Source of the DNA: Planctomycetota bacterium
Lineage (GTDB): Bacteria; Planctomycetota; UBA1135; UBA2386
DNA length: 64,000 bases
Direction: 5' to 3'
NCBI GenBank assembly: GCA_965223545.1
Contig: OZ245006.1
Location: 1,408,001 to 1,472,000 of the forward strand
Shown here: one piece after another, positions 39,892 through 49,283 of the stretch
How positions within the stretch are numbered: the stretch's first letter is position 1
Layout: every line of letters starts with the position of its first letter
Program-made: the position numbers and the translations under genes
The notes under the pieces: model-generated
Told to the model about the DNA's origin: nothing
Databases searched by the model: none
Seen by the model: the letters and a program-made list of their open reading frames with translations, nothing else

Positions 39892-40770
39892 TCAGCGCCG
39901 GCCGGCCAGCGCCACGCCGACCACCACCAGCGCGGCGCCGGCCACGGTGGACGCCAGCACGGGCTCGCCGCGCACCAACCAGCCCAGCCCCAGCGCCACG
40001 ATCGGCGTGACGTAGGAAATCAGCGCGAGCTTGGAGGCCGCCGCGAACCGCAGCAGCCAGAAGTAGATCGTGAACGCCACCACCGTGCCGACCACCGAGA
40101 GGTAGCCGACGCTGAACAGCGCGCGACCGGTCCATTGCCCCGGCCGGTCTCGGTCCACCCACCAACCGAGCGGCAGCAGGAACAGCGCGGCCACGGCGAA
40201 GCCGTTGCGGCACAGCAGCACCGCGCTGACGTCGGCCCCGCGCCGCTTGATCACCGCCGTGCAGACCGCGGTCACCACCGGCGACAGCATGACGATCGCC
40301 CCCGCGCGCAAGGCCGCGGGCGACAGCCCGGCCAGGTCTTTGGTGAACAGCAGCGCGATGCCCGCCGAACCGAGCAGCAAACCGACCACCGCACGGACGT
40401 GCAGGCGCTCGCCCGGCAGCGCCCAGTGGGCGATCAGCGCCATCGGCAGCGGATACCAGGCCCAGAGCACTGCGGTGAGACCCGAGGGCACGGTCTGCTC
40501 GGCCCAATAGATGATCGAGTAGGAGGTCGCGTCGATGCCGAGCCCCATGACCAGCGTCAAACCCAAGCCCGGCGCCACCCCACGCTCGCGCCGGTGGAGA
40601 TATGGAGCGATCGCGGCGAACACGACGGCGGCCACGGTGAACCGCGCCGCCAGCGCGCGGAACGGCGGCAGGTCGTCGAGCCCTTCGCGAATCACCAGCC
40701 ACGTGCTGCCCCAGATCGCGCACAGCACGAGCATCAGCAGGTGCACGGTGGTGGGACTCGGCGCGCGCAT
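39892..40770 (-). CDS. EamA/DMT transporter
   Basis: IWGSTWLVI, PPF..LAARF, AEQTVPSGL, YLSVVGT, YVTPIVAL. Confidence 0.9.
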   Translation of the reverse strand: MRAPSPTTVHLLMLVLCAIWGSTWLVIREGLDDLPPFRALAARFTVAAVVFAAIAPYLHRRERGVAPGLGLTLVMGLGIDATSYSIIYWAEQTVPSGLTAVLWAWYPLPMALIAHWALPGERLHVRAVVGLLLGSAGIALLFTKDLAGLSPAALRAGAIVMLSPVVTAVCTAVIKRRGADVSAVLLCRNGFAVAALFLLPLGWWVDRDRPGQWTGRALFSVGYLSVVGTVVAFTIYFWLLRFAAASKLALISYVTPIVALGLGWLVRGEPVLASTVAGAALVVVGVALAGRR

Positions 40771-40874
40771 GCGCGGCGAATGGTAGCAGAGCAGACCTCA
40801 CGTTCGCGGTGGACACTCGCGCGACCGCGTAGTTCAGTTTGGGCGGCTCCCGTCCCGCCACGCCCTGGCTCACG

Positions 40875-42260
40875 ATGTCCAATCGAGTGTTCTCTCTCGC
40901 CGGCCTCGGCTGCGCGCTCGCGTGCGCCGCGCCACCACCGCCGCTGGTGGCGCCGGTGTTCACCACCGCGGTGCGCCACCGCACCGGAAGCGCACTGACG
41001 GGTGTCCTGCCGGGACGCGCCGCGCACCAACCACTGACGCTGCACGCGCGCTGCAGCCTGCGCTTCACCGAGCAGGTGCCGGCGGTCGGCACGCCGCTGA
41101 GCCAGACCGTACGCGCGACGGTGCGCTCCGGCGCCACCGACCCGCTGCGCGGCGTCAGCACGCTGGCGATCGGAGCGCGCGCCGCCGACGGACCGGCCGC
41201 GCGCGTTCTGTTCGCCGGCCTGCAGGATGGCCAGCCGGTGCGCTCGGCCGAAGTCGCCGCCCTCGACGGGCACGTCGCCCCGGGCCACAGCGCCGCGTTC
41301 CTCGTGCGGTCCGCCGAGGCGCAGCAGATCACGCTGTTGGTCACGGCGACCACGGCGGACCGCGCGCGCGTCGACCTCCAGCTCGCCGGCGACGGCAGCG
41401 ACGCCGACCTGGACGCGGACCTCGAGGCCGAGCTCGGCGCCGGTGCCCCCGCTGCGCCCACCACCGACACCGCGCTGCGCCGCGAGACCGTGACGCTGGA
41501 CGCCGAGCTGGTCGCCGGTGGCGACGCGCTGCTGCTGCTGCTTCCGCTCCCCACCGGCGACGCCTCCGGGGCGCTTGCCGTGCTGCTCGAGCTGGCGCGG
41601 ACCTCCGGCGACGAACACCGGGCCCACCGTGAGCTGGCGCGCGGCCAGATCGCCGCCGAGACCGCCATCGCCAAAGCGCAGACCGCACCGCTGAGCCCGG
41701 CCGAGGTGCAGCTGCAGTCGCTGCGCGAAGCATGCCGCCTGCTGCAGCGCACGCGCGCCCGCAGCGCGCTGCTGCAGCTGGCCGAGAGCGCCGAGGCCGC
41801 GCTGACCGCGGACCTCGCGCTGATGAGTGACCACGCGACCATCCAGGAGTACACCGAGCGGTTGCTCGGCGGTGATCGGGTGACGGGACTGGCGCTGGCC
41901 GGGCCGCAGTTCGGCTACGCGCTCGAGGCCGCCGCCTACGGCCTGTTGGCCGAGCGCCTCGACCGCGAGGCACTGGCCCCCGAGCTGCGCGCCGCGCTGT
42001 TGCGGCACGCCGGGGCGGCCGGCCGCGATCCCGGCGCGCTGGCGGCGGTGTTGCGCGGCGAACCGAGCGTCGCGGGCCTACAGCAGCGCCTGCTGGAGGA
42101 GAACCGCTTCGCTCTCGAGGACAGCGACCTGGGGGCGCGGGTCACCGCCGTGCAGTGGCTGCAGGCGCGGCACGCGGCGCCGACGGCGTTCGACCCGTTC
42201 GGCGATCGCGAAGCGCGGCGCGAAGCCCTCGACGCGGCGCGACAACGAGGGGAGCTGTGA
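40875..42260 (+). CDS. Hypothetical lipoprotein; possible degenerate secretin-like beta region plus helical C-terminus
   Basis: MSNRVFSLAGLGCALAC lipobox-like start. The stop overlaps the next ATG (TGATG). Confidence 0.6.
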   Translation: MSNRVFSLAGLGCALACAAPPPPLVAPVFTTAVRHRTGSALTGVLPGRAAHQPLTLHARCSLRFTEQVPAVGTPLSQTVRATVRSGATDPLRGVSTLAIGARAADGPAARVLFAGLQDGQPVRSAEVAALDGHVAPGHSAAFLVRSAEAQQITLLVTATTADRARVDLQLAGDGSDADLDADLEAELGAGAPAAPTTDTALRRETVTLDAELVAGGDALLLLLPLPTGDASGALAVLLELARTSGDEHRAHRELARGQIAAETAIAKAQTAPLSPAEVQLQSLREACRLLQRTRARSALLQLAESAEAALTADLALMSDHATIQEYTERLLGGDRVTGLALAGPQFGYALEAAAYGLLAERLDREALAPELRAALLRHAGAAGRDPGALAAVLRGEPSVAGLQQRLLEENRFALEDSDLGARVTAVQWLQARHAAPTAFDPFGDREARREALDAARQRGEL

Positions 42261-45200
42261 TGAGCCCGACTCCTCCGCCCGCCACCGAGAACGAGAAGCA
42301 ACCACCGAAGAAGCGGCGCCGGCTGTTGCGATGGACGCTGTACTTGCTCGCCGCGGCCGTCGTGCTCCGCGTTCTGCTCGGCTTGGCGATGCCGTGGCTC
42401 GTCCGCTGGGGCGCCGGCTTCGCCGATCTGGCCGCCGACTACGAGCGCATGCAACTGAGCTTGCTCGGCGGACACGTGCAGATCACGCAGCTGAAGCTGC
42501 ACCAGCGCGACGCCGAGGGCGAAGCCGATCCAGAACGGCCGCTGCTGTTCCTCGAGCACGCCGACGTCGACGTCGACGTGTCGGCCCTGCTCACGGGTAC
42601 GCTGCGCGTGCACACGGTCGAGGTCGACGGCCTGCAGACCTGGGTCGAGCGCACTGCCGAGGAGGACGCGGAAGAGACGCCTGCCGAGCCACCGGCCGAG
42701 AGCGATCCAGCAACCGACGAAGGCGCGACCGGGGATGGCGACGCCACCGCCGAACCAGCGCCCCTCGAGCTCGGGCTGCCGGTGCAGATCGACCGCCTGC
42801 GCATCCAGCACGTACAGGTGCACGTGCGGGACACGACGGTCGAGCCCGGCTTCGACGGCTCGCTGCACGCCGACCTGCACGCCTCGCACCTCGGCCATCC
42901 ACAACGCCCCGGATCGGCGGTGTTGCTGGTCCGCATGCCCGGCGTCCTCGACGCGCTCGACGTGCGCGTCGAGGGCCAGAGCGGAGGCGCCGGCGCCCGC
43001 GCACGGCTCGACGTGGCCCTCGACGGGCTGCGCCTGCCAGCACTGCGCGGCTACCTGCGCGCCGCCGGCATCGCGCCGCACGCCGCGCGGCTCGACTTCG
43101 GTCTGCACTCCGAGCTGACCCTCGAGCCCACCGACGAGACCGGCACGGCCGCCAGCGGCGGGCTGCAGCTTGCCGATCTGGCGCTGCGCGCGGACGGCGC
43201 CGAGGCCGTGGCGCTGGACGCGGTCGAGGTCGACGTCGCGTCGCTCACCAATGCCGCTCTGCACATCCCGCGGATCGCATTGCGCGGCCTGCGCGCGGCG
43301 GCGGGCCGCACTCCCCGAGGAGTGACGCGCGTCGCCGGCCTCGACCTCGGCGGGGCGGCGCCGACCGCCGCACCGGCCGCGGCGGAGCCCGAGGCCGAGG
43401 CAGCACCCCCCGCCGTCGACCCGGCGCCGCGCACGTTCGACTGGCGCATCGACGAGATCGCGGTTTCCGAGGCCGCGGCGCGCTTCACCGACGGCGCGGT
43501 CCAGCCCGAGGTCGACCTCACCGTGCGCCTCGACGCGCTCACCGCCACCGACATCACCGCGGCGTTGGACCAGCCGATCGCGGTCGACGCAGCGCTGTTG
43601 TGCGACGGGTTGGCCGCGCTGACGGCCCAGGCCCGCCTGCAGCTGCAGCCGAACCTGACGGCGAGCGCCACTCTGCGCGGTGAGCGCGTCGCGTTCGACG
43701 CGATCGCCCCGTACTTGGCGGCGGCGGGACTGCAGCCGACCCTGCGCGGCGGCACCCTGGAGCTCGCCCTGGAAGCCGCGGTCGAAACCGATCCGGCGAC
43801 CGCGACCACACGCGCGCGCGTCGCGCTGCGCGACCTGGCCTTGCGCGGCGAACAGCCACTGTTGCAGCTCGGCCACGTCGTGCTCGACGACGTAGTCGCC
43901 GCGCCGGGGCGCGTGCGCTTGGGCGAGATCGACATCGCCGGCCTGCAGCTGCCGGTGCGCGTCGTCGGCGGCGGCAGTGTCGCCCTGCTGGGGTTGCGCA
44001 CGGTACCAGCGAACGACACCGTTGCAGCGCCCGCTCCGGAGACCACCGCGGACGCGGAGCCGCGCAACGACGCAGCGCCGCCGCCTACGGCGTCGCCACC
44101 GTTGCGGTTGGAGATCGGGCACCTGCACTGGCGGGACAGCGCAATCGCCTTCGTCGACGAGAGCCGCGTCCCCGCGCCGGAGATCGACACCCGCGACGTC
44201 GGCGTCGAGATCCGCGACCTGGTCATCGGCGGCGACACCCCGACGCCGCCCGCCACCGTCCGCGCCTGGCTCGTCGCACGCGACGTGACGGAGTCGTTGC
44301 AGCTCACCGGTCAGGTGCAGTCCCGCCCGGGGCCGCTCGACCTGACCACGCGCCTGGCGCTGCGCGGCACCGGTCTGCGGGCGGGGCCGCTGACGCCCTA
44401 CCTCGACGCCGCGGGAATCGAGTCGACCCTGCGCGCCGCCAGCCTGGCCGCCGACATCGAGGCCACCGTGCGCGCCACCGACGACGGCATCGCCGCCAGC
44501 GCGGCAGTGACCGAAGTGGCGCTGCGCGACGGCGACGACGAGCTGGCCGCGATCGACAGCCTGCGCGTCGACGGCGTGGCGGTGGGGCCGCGTTCGACCG
44601 ACATCGATTCGGTCGCGCTCGCCGGCGTGCGACTGCGCGCGGCGCGGGAGGCCGATGGCGCGCTGGCCATCGCCGGCATCCGCCTGCCACCGCCGGCGAC
44701 CGGCGGCGTGCCCGATGTGGTGCCGGAGGCGGCCGCGGGCACGGGCGAGGACGCCGGCCCCACCCCTTCCGCACCGGCTGCCACCCCGCCGGCCGCGCAG
44801 ACACAGCTGCGCCTCGCCGAGTTGCGGATCGACGGGGTCGATCTGCAGTGGCAGGACGCGGCGGTGACGCCAGCTGTCGACACCGCCCTGCAGCTGGCGG
44901 TCGCCCTCGACGGGCTTGCGCTCGGCGGGCCCGCCACCCCTGCGGCGCTGCGCTGTGAGGTCGCGGTGCGCGACGCCATCGAGCAGCTCCGGATCGAAGG
45001 CGAGGTGACGCCCGATCCCGAAGACCTCGGCGTCGCCCTCGACCTCGCCCTGCGCGGAGCGCGCGCCGACGCCCTGCGCGGCTACCTTCCCCCACAGACC
45101 CCGGTGACCCTGCGCGACGGCCGACTCCGGCTGCGGCTGGAAGCCACCGCGGCGATGCGCGACGACGGGGCGCGCGCGGTCGAGGTCGCGTTGACCGACA

Positions 45201-47647
45201 TCGACTACCGCGACGGAGACACCGAACGCCCGCTGCTCGGGCTCGACGCGGTGCGGCTGGCGGCACCGCGCCTGGACGCCGATGCGGGAGTCTACGAGAT
45301 CGCCGAAGTGTCGCTGCGCGGCCTGCAGCTCGACGCCACGCGCAGCGCGGACGGCGCGCTGCACGTGCTCGGTCTGGAGCTGCCCGCAACGCCGCCGGCC
45401 CCGGGCGAGGGCGGCGCAGGCCCAACGCCGACTGGCGAGGAGGCGGCACCGAGTCCCGGCTTCCGCGCCGTCGAGACCGCGCGCCGCCCGACGCGGGCAG
45501 CGCCGCTGCCGCGCGTCGAGCTGGGCGCGTTCGAGGTCGACATCGCGGCGCTCACGTTCGTCGATGAGACCCAGCCCGGGTCCACGCCGCTGGTTGCACG
45601 CGCGCGGCTGGCGACCCCCGCTGCCTGCGTCTTGCTGGCAGAGGATCCCGTCTCTCTGCCCCCCTTGCAGCTCGGTCTGGACCTGGAAGTCGAGCCGGTG
45701 CTCGGCGCGCTCGACGTCGACGTCGTCGTGTCGCCGTTCGCCGACCCACCCGGACTCGAAGTGACCGCCGCCGCGCGCGGCCTGCGCGGGGCCGGCCTGA
45801 CCGAGGTGCTGCCGGCCCTCACCGAGCAGCTCGACGCCAGCGGCATCGACAACGGCAGCGTCGACCTGCACCTGCAGGCCCACTTGCTCGCGCGCCGGCG
45901 CGGCCCGGCAGAACTCGATCTGGAGCGCGGTTTCGGCATCGACCTGGTGCTCGACCAGCTGGCGCTGCGCGCCGTCGAGGACGGTCCGGTCGTCGCCGGC
46001 ATCGGCGGCGTGCAGGTCGAGGTGCGGCGCATCAACCCGTCGACCGGCGCCGTGCACGTGCAGTCGGTAGAGATCGACACACCGACGGCGCGGATCACAC
46101 AGCGCACGGACGGCCTGCTGGTCGCCGGTGTGTTGCTCAAGCCCCCCGTTCCGCCCGAGGGCGAGGGCGAGAGCGACGCGTCGCCCGCGGCAGCGCGCCC
46201 TGCACCGCGCGCTGTGGCCGCGGCCGCCCAGAGCGAGCCTGCGCCGGAGTTTCGCCTCGACCAGCTGCTGGTCAGCGGACTCGACGTCGAGTTCCGCGAC
46301 GAGCGCGCCGAGCCCGCGTTCGTGCTGCCCCTGAACCGATTCGATTGCGAGGTGCGCGGCTTCACCACGCGCGCCTTCGAAGAGCCCGTGCCCCTGCGCT
46401 TCAGCGCCGACCTCGGCGCCGGCGGCGTCGAGCTGCCGGAGCGCGTGCAGAGCGTGGCATTCCCCCTCGGCTTTGCCCAAGCGGCGGTCTCGGCGTTGAC
46501 CGGCGGTGAGGACGCCGTCGGCACCGAATCGCGCCGCGTCCTCGAAGAGCTCGCGATCAACGGCCGGCTGTCGTTCGCGCCACAGCTCGAGGGCGTGGTC
46601 AAGGTCAACCTGGCCGGGCTCGAGCTCCCTGCGCTGCGCGGTCCCGCGGCCGAAGCCGGCGTCGAGATCGGCGACGGTGTGCTCGACTTCGGCACCGCCC
46701 TGCGCTTCCGCGGCGCCCAGGGACTCGACATCGACACCGGCATCACCTTCACCCACCTGTCGATCGACGAGCCTCCGGGCGGACCGATCTCGACCTACCT
46801 GCAGCTGCCGGCGCCGCTCGACTCGGTACTGTTCTTGCTGCGCAACGAGGACGGGGAGCACAAGCTGTCGCCGAGCATTCACATCGGCGCCGCCGGCATC
46901 AGCGCGGGCGAGATCGCGCGCGTCGCCGGCGAAACGCTGGCGCTGACCATCGCCAACGCGGTCGCGGCGGCGCCGCTGCGCGCCACGGGAATGCTCACCG
47001 ACGTGGTCGGCATGACCGGGGCGGCCGAGGACCTCGACGCGCTCACCACGCAGCTGGCGTTCGAGCCGGGTGCCCCGGCGCTGCCAGCCGATGCCGCCGA
47101 CACGCTGCATCGCCTGCTCGCCGAGGTGACCCACGACGAGCAGCTGGTGATCGTCGCGCAGCATCAGTTCGGAGCCGCCGATCTCGAGCTGGCGGCGCGT
47201 CGCGGCAGCCCACCGCCGGACACCTGCCACGAGCTGCTGCTGGGTTTCGCCGAGCGCGAGGCGGTGTTGCAGCGACGCCGGGCAGAGGCCGCCGCGCGGG
47301 CGCGCGCGGTGGTGATCACCGGCCAGCGGGCGACCCCCGACCCGAGCGCCGCACTCCGCGCCATCGAGAGCGAGCTCGGCGAGCTGGCCCTGGCGCGCGA
47401 GGCGGTCCTCGAGCTGTTGGCCCCGGGCGCCGAGCGGCAACGGGCGCGCCGCGCCAAGCACAGCGCGCGCGCCGTCGCCGAACGAAGGCTGGCCGAGGTG
47501 CGCGATCTGGTCGTGGCCAAGCTGCGCGGCTTCGGCGCCGAACTGCCGCAGACGCGCATCGAGGTGCGCAAGCCGCGGCTCGGCCAGGTCGCTGGTGAGG
47601 GCGGCGGCCAAATCGTGCTGCAGGCCCGGCGACGGCAGGTTCAGTGA
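42260..47647 (+). CDS. DUF748/AsmA-like large periplasm-spanning protein with an OmpA-like C-terminal domain
   Basis: N-terminal anchor KKRRRLLRWTLYLLAAAVVL; repeated modules such as WRIDEI.V....RFTD.AVQP and IAPYL...G....L.GG.L; C-terminal LAFEPG...AERR..EVRD. Confidence 0.8.
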   Translation: MSPTPPPATENEKQPPKKRRRLLRWTLYLLAAAVVLRVLLGLAMPWLVRWGAGFADLAADYERMQLSLLGGHVQITQLKLHQRDAEGEADPERPLLFLEHADVDVDVSALLTGTLRVHTVEVDGLQTWVERTAEEDAEETPAEPPAESDPATDEGATGDGDATAEPAPLELGLPVQIDRLRIQHVQVHVRDTTVEPGFDGSLHADLHASHLGHPQRPGSAVLLVRMPGVLDALDVRVEGQSGGAGARARLDVALDGLRLPALRGYLRAAGIAPHAARLDFGLHSELTLEPTDETGTAASGGLQLADLALRADGAEAVALDAVEVDVASLTNAALHIPRIALRGLRAAAGRTPRGVTRVAGLDLGGAAPTAAPAAAEPEAEAAPPAVDPAPRTFDWRIDEIAVSEAAARFTDGAVQPEVDLTVRLDALTATDITAALDQPIAVDAALLCDGLAALTAQARLQLQPNLTASATLRGERVAFDAIAPYLAAAGLQPTLRGGTLELALEAAVETDPATATTRARVALRDLALRGEQPLLQLGHVVLDDVVAAPGRVRLGEIDIAGLQLPVRVVGGGSVALLGLRTVPANDTVAAPAPETTADAEPRNDAAPPPTASPPLRLEIGHLHWRDSAIAFVDESRVPAPEIDTRDVGVEIRDLVIGGDTPTPPATVRAWLVARDVTESLQLTGQVQSRPGPLDLTTRLALRGTGLRAGPLTPYLDAAGIESTLRAASLAADIEATVRATDDGIAASAAVTEVALRDGDDELAAIDSLRVDGVAVGPRSTDIDSVALAGVRLRAAREADGALAIAGIRLPPPATGGVPDVVPEAAAGTGEDAGPTPSAPAATPPAAQTQLRLAELRIDGVDLQWQDAAVTPAVDTALQLAVALDGLALGGPATPAALRCEVAVRDAIEQLRIEGEVTPDPEDLGVALDLALRGARADALRGYLPPQTPVTLRDGRLRLRLEATAAMRDDGARAVEVALTDIDYRDGDTERPLLGLDAVRLAAPRLDADAGVYEIAEVSLRGLQLDATRSADGALHVLGLELPATPPAPGEGGAGPTPTGEEAAPSPGFRAVETARRPTRAAPLPRVELGAFEVDIAALTFVDETQPGSTPLVARARLATPAACVLLAEDPVSLPPLQLGLDLEVEPVLGALDVDVVVSPFADPPGLEVTAAARGLRGAGLTEVLPALTEQLDASGIDNGSVDLHLQAHLLARRRGPAELDLERGFGIDLVLDQLALRAVEDGPVVAGIGGVQVEVRRINPSTGAVHVQSVEIDTPTARITQRTDGLLVAGVLLKPPVPPEGEGESDASPAAARPAPRAVAAAAQSEPAPEFRLDQLLVSGLDVEFRDERAEPAFVLPLNRFDCEVRGFTTRAFEEPVPLRFSADLGAGGVELPERVQSVAFPLGFAQAAVSALTGGEDAVGTESRRVLEELAINGRLSFAPQLEGVVKVNLAGLELPALRGPAAEAGVEIGDGVLDFGTALRFRGAQGLDIDTGITFTHLSIDEPPGGPISTYLQLPAPLDSVLFLLRNEDGEHKLSPSIHIGAAGISAGEIARVAGETLALTIANAVAAAPLRATGMLTDVVGMTGAAEDLDALTTQLAFEPGAPALPADAADTLHRLLAEVTHDEQLVIVAQHQFGAADLELAARRGSPPPDTCHELLLGFAEREAVLQRRRAEAAARARAVVITGQRATPDPSAALRAIESELGELALAREAVLELLAPGAERQRARRAKHSARAVAERRLAEVRDLVVAKLRGFGAELPQTRIEVRKPRLGQVAGEGGGQIVLQARRRQVQ

Positions 47648-47726
47648 CGCAAACCGACGGGTTGCCGCGCAAGATCGAGAGGCGGTCGGCGTCCGAGTCG
47701 ACATCCCCTCGCTCGGAGAACACGCG

Positions 47727-48137
47727 ATGACGAAATCGTCCCTCGTTCACCTTCCGTTGTTCATGGCACTCGGCCTGGTCTGGCTCGCCTGCCAGGGTTC
47801 TCCGCCGGAACGAACGGCGACCCCGGCGGCGGACGCCGCGAAGGGCGGGGTGGCCGTGCAGCTGGACGGCGACATGGTGACGCTGACGCTCACCGACCCG
47901 GGCGGAGTACCGATCGAAGAACTGCTCCGGGCGACTCAGCCGATCGCCGGCTGCGCGTTCACCTACAACCGGGCCGAGCTGAGCGCGGCCGCGGCGCGCG
48001 TCCGTTTCACCGGTCAGAAGCGCGTTGCCAAGCAGGCGATGATCCCCCTGCTGCGCGATCTACTGCAGCGGCACGGCTTCGCGCTGATCGAGCGCGGCCA
48101 GGGCGACACTCGACTGTTCGAAGTCGTCCCCGCGTGA
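47727..48137 (+). CDS. Small lipoprotein with a secretin N0/STN-like domain
   Basis: Lipobox WLAC; GVPIEELLRATQPIAGCAFTY...VRFTG...LLRDLLQRHGFALI resembles GspD N0. Confidence 0.55.
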   Translation: MTKSSLVHLPLFMALGLVWLACQGSPPERTATPAADAAKGGVAVQLDGDMVTLTLTDPGGVPIEELLRATQPIAGCAFTYNRAELSAAAARVRFTGQKRVAKQAMIPLLRDLLQRHGFALIERGQGDTRLFEVVPA

Positions 48138-48202
48138 GGGGCCGGCGCGAAGCCGCCCGCGCGGTGTGACCGGGGAGTAGCCGCAGAGCACTCCTCTGCG
48201 GT

Positions 48203-49282
48203 ATGGATGCGTTCGTCAAGCTCGCCGTGGCCGAGGGCTGCGGCCCCGGGCTCGTCGCCGCCCTCCTCGACCCGGACAGCGATCCCGAGGTGCTGCTGCG
48301 CGACCCACCGCGGCTGCCGCCGGCGGTCCGCCGCCGGCTCTTGGACCCCGACCTGGCCGCCCATGCCGCGCGGTGGCGCGCGGCCGCGCACGCCGCCGGA
48401 CAGACGGTGTTGACGCCGGACGATGTGCGCTACCCGGGGCGCTTGCGCTGCGCGCCGCAGCGGCCCAACGCCCTGTTCGCGCGCGGCGCCCTCGACCTGC
48501 TCGACGGCGCGCGCCCGGCGGTCGCGGTCGTCGGCAGCCGCACGCCGACGCCCTACGGCGTCGCGGCGGCCGAGGACTTCGCCGCGCACCTCGGCCGCGC
48601 CGGCTTCGTCTTGTGGAGCGGGCTGGCCATCGGCATCGACGCGGTGGCACACCGCACCGCGTTGACCACCGGCAGCCCGACGGTGGCGGTGCTGGCGGGC
48701 GGTCTCGACCGCGTCTATCCGCCGGCGCACGAGCCGTTGGCGCAACGCATTGCGGTGCAAGGCGGGCTGTTGTTGGGCGAGACCCCACCCGGGACGCGCG
48801 CGCAGCGCGGTCACTTCCCGCGGCGCAACCGACTGTTGGCCGCGTGCGACGCGGTGCTGGTGGTCGAGGCCGGCCTGTCCTCGGGCACGCTGCACACCGC
48901 GCGCCACGCCGCCGATGCCGGCGTCGACGTGTTCGCGGTGCCCGGCCCGTACGGCAGCCCGCGCAGCCAGGGCTGCCACGCGCTGATCGCGGACGGTGCG
49001 CAGATCGCCGCCGACCCGGCCGACCTGCTGCGCCGGCTGGGCGCCAACGCCGCGTTGCGTGGGGACGCCGCCCCGGAGGCCGCGCTCGGAGCCGACGCCG
49101 CCGCGATCCTCGACGCCCTGCGCAGCGGCCCGCGGCCGGTGGACCTGGTCCAACGGGAGACCAAGCTGGCGCGCGGACCGTTCTTGGCGGCCCTCGACGC
49201 GGCGGTCGGTGCCGGGCTCGTCCGCGACGTGCCCGGCGATCTGCTACAACGCGTCTCGCCCGCGCTGCGCGCGGACGGCTGA
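48203..49282 (+). CDS. dprA: DNA-processing protein DprA
   Basis: YPGRL, VAVVGSRTPTPYG, SGLAIGIDAVAH, FPRRNR, VVEAGLSSGTLHTA, VFAVPG. Confidence 0.93.
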   Translation: MDAFVKLAVAEGCGPGLVAALLDPDSDPEVLLRDPPRLPPAVRRRLLDPDLAAHAARWRAAAHAAGQTVLTPDDVRYPGRLRCAPQRPNALFARGALDLLDGARPAVAVVGSRTPTPYGVAAAEDFAAHLGRAGFVLWSGLAIGIDAVAHRTALTTGSPTVAVLAGGLDRVYPPAHEPLAQRIAVQGGLLLGETPPGTRAQRGHFPRRNRLLAACDAVLVVEAGLSSGTLHTARHAADAGVDVFAVPGPYGSPRSQGCHALIADGAQIAADPADLLRRLGANAALRGDAAPEAALGADAAAILDALRSGPRPVDLVQRETKLARGPFLAALDAAVGAGLVRDVPGDLLQRVSPALRADG

Positions 49283-49283
49283 G

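Noticed and set aside
41936..47704. 1922-aa minus-strand ORF, and similar long shadow ORFs (39251-41854, 25851-28457, 51574-53904, 61944-63956)
   Set aside because: These are antisense or off-frame shadows of real genes. They are Arg/Gly/Ala-rich with no motifs, as expected in high-GC DNA with few stop codons.
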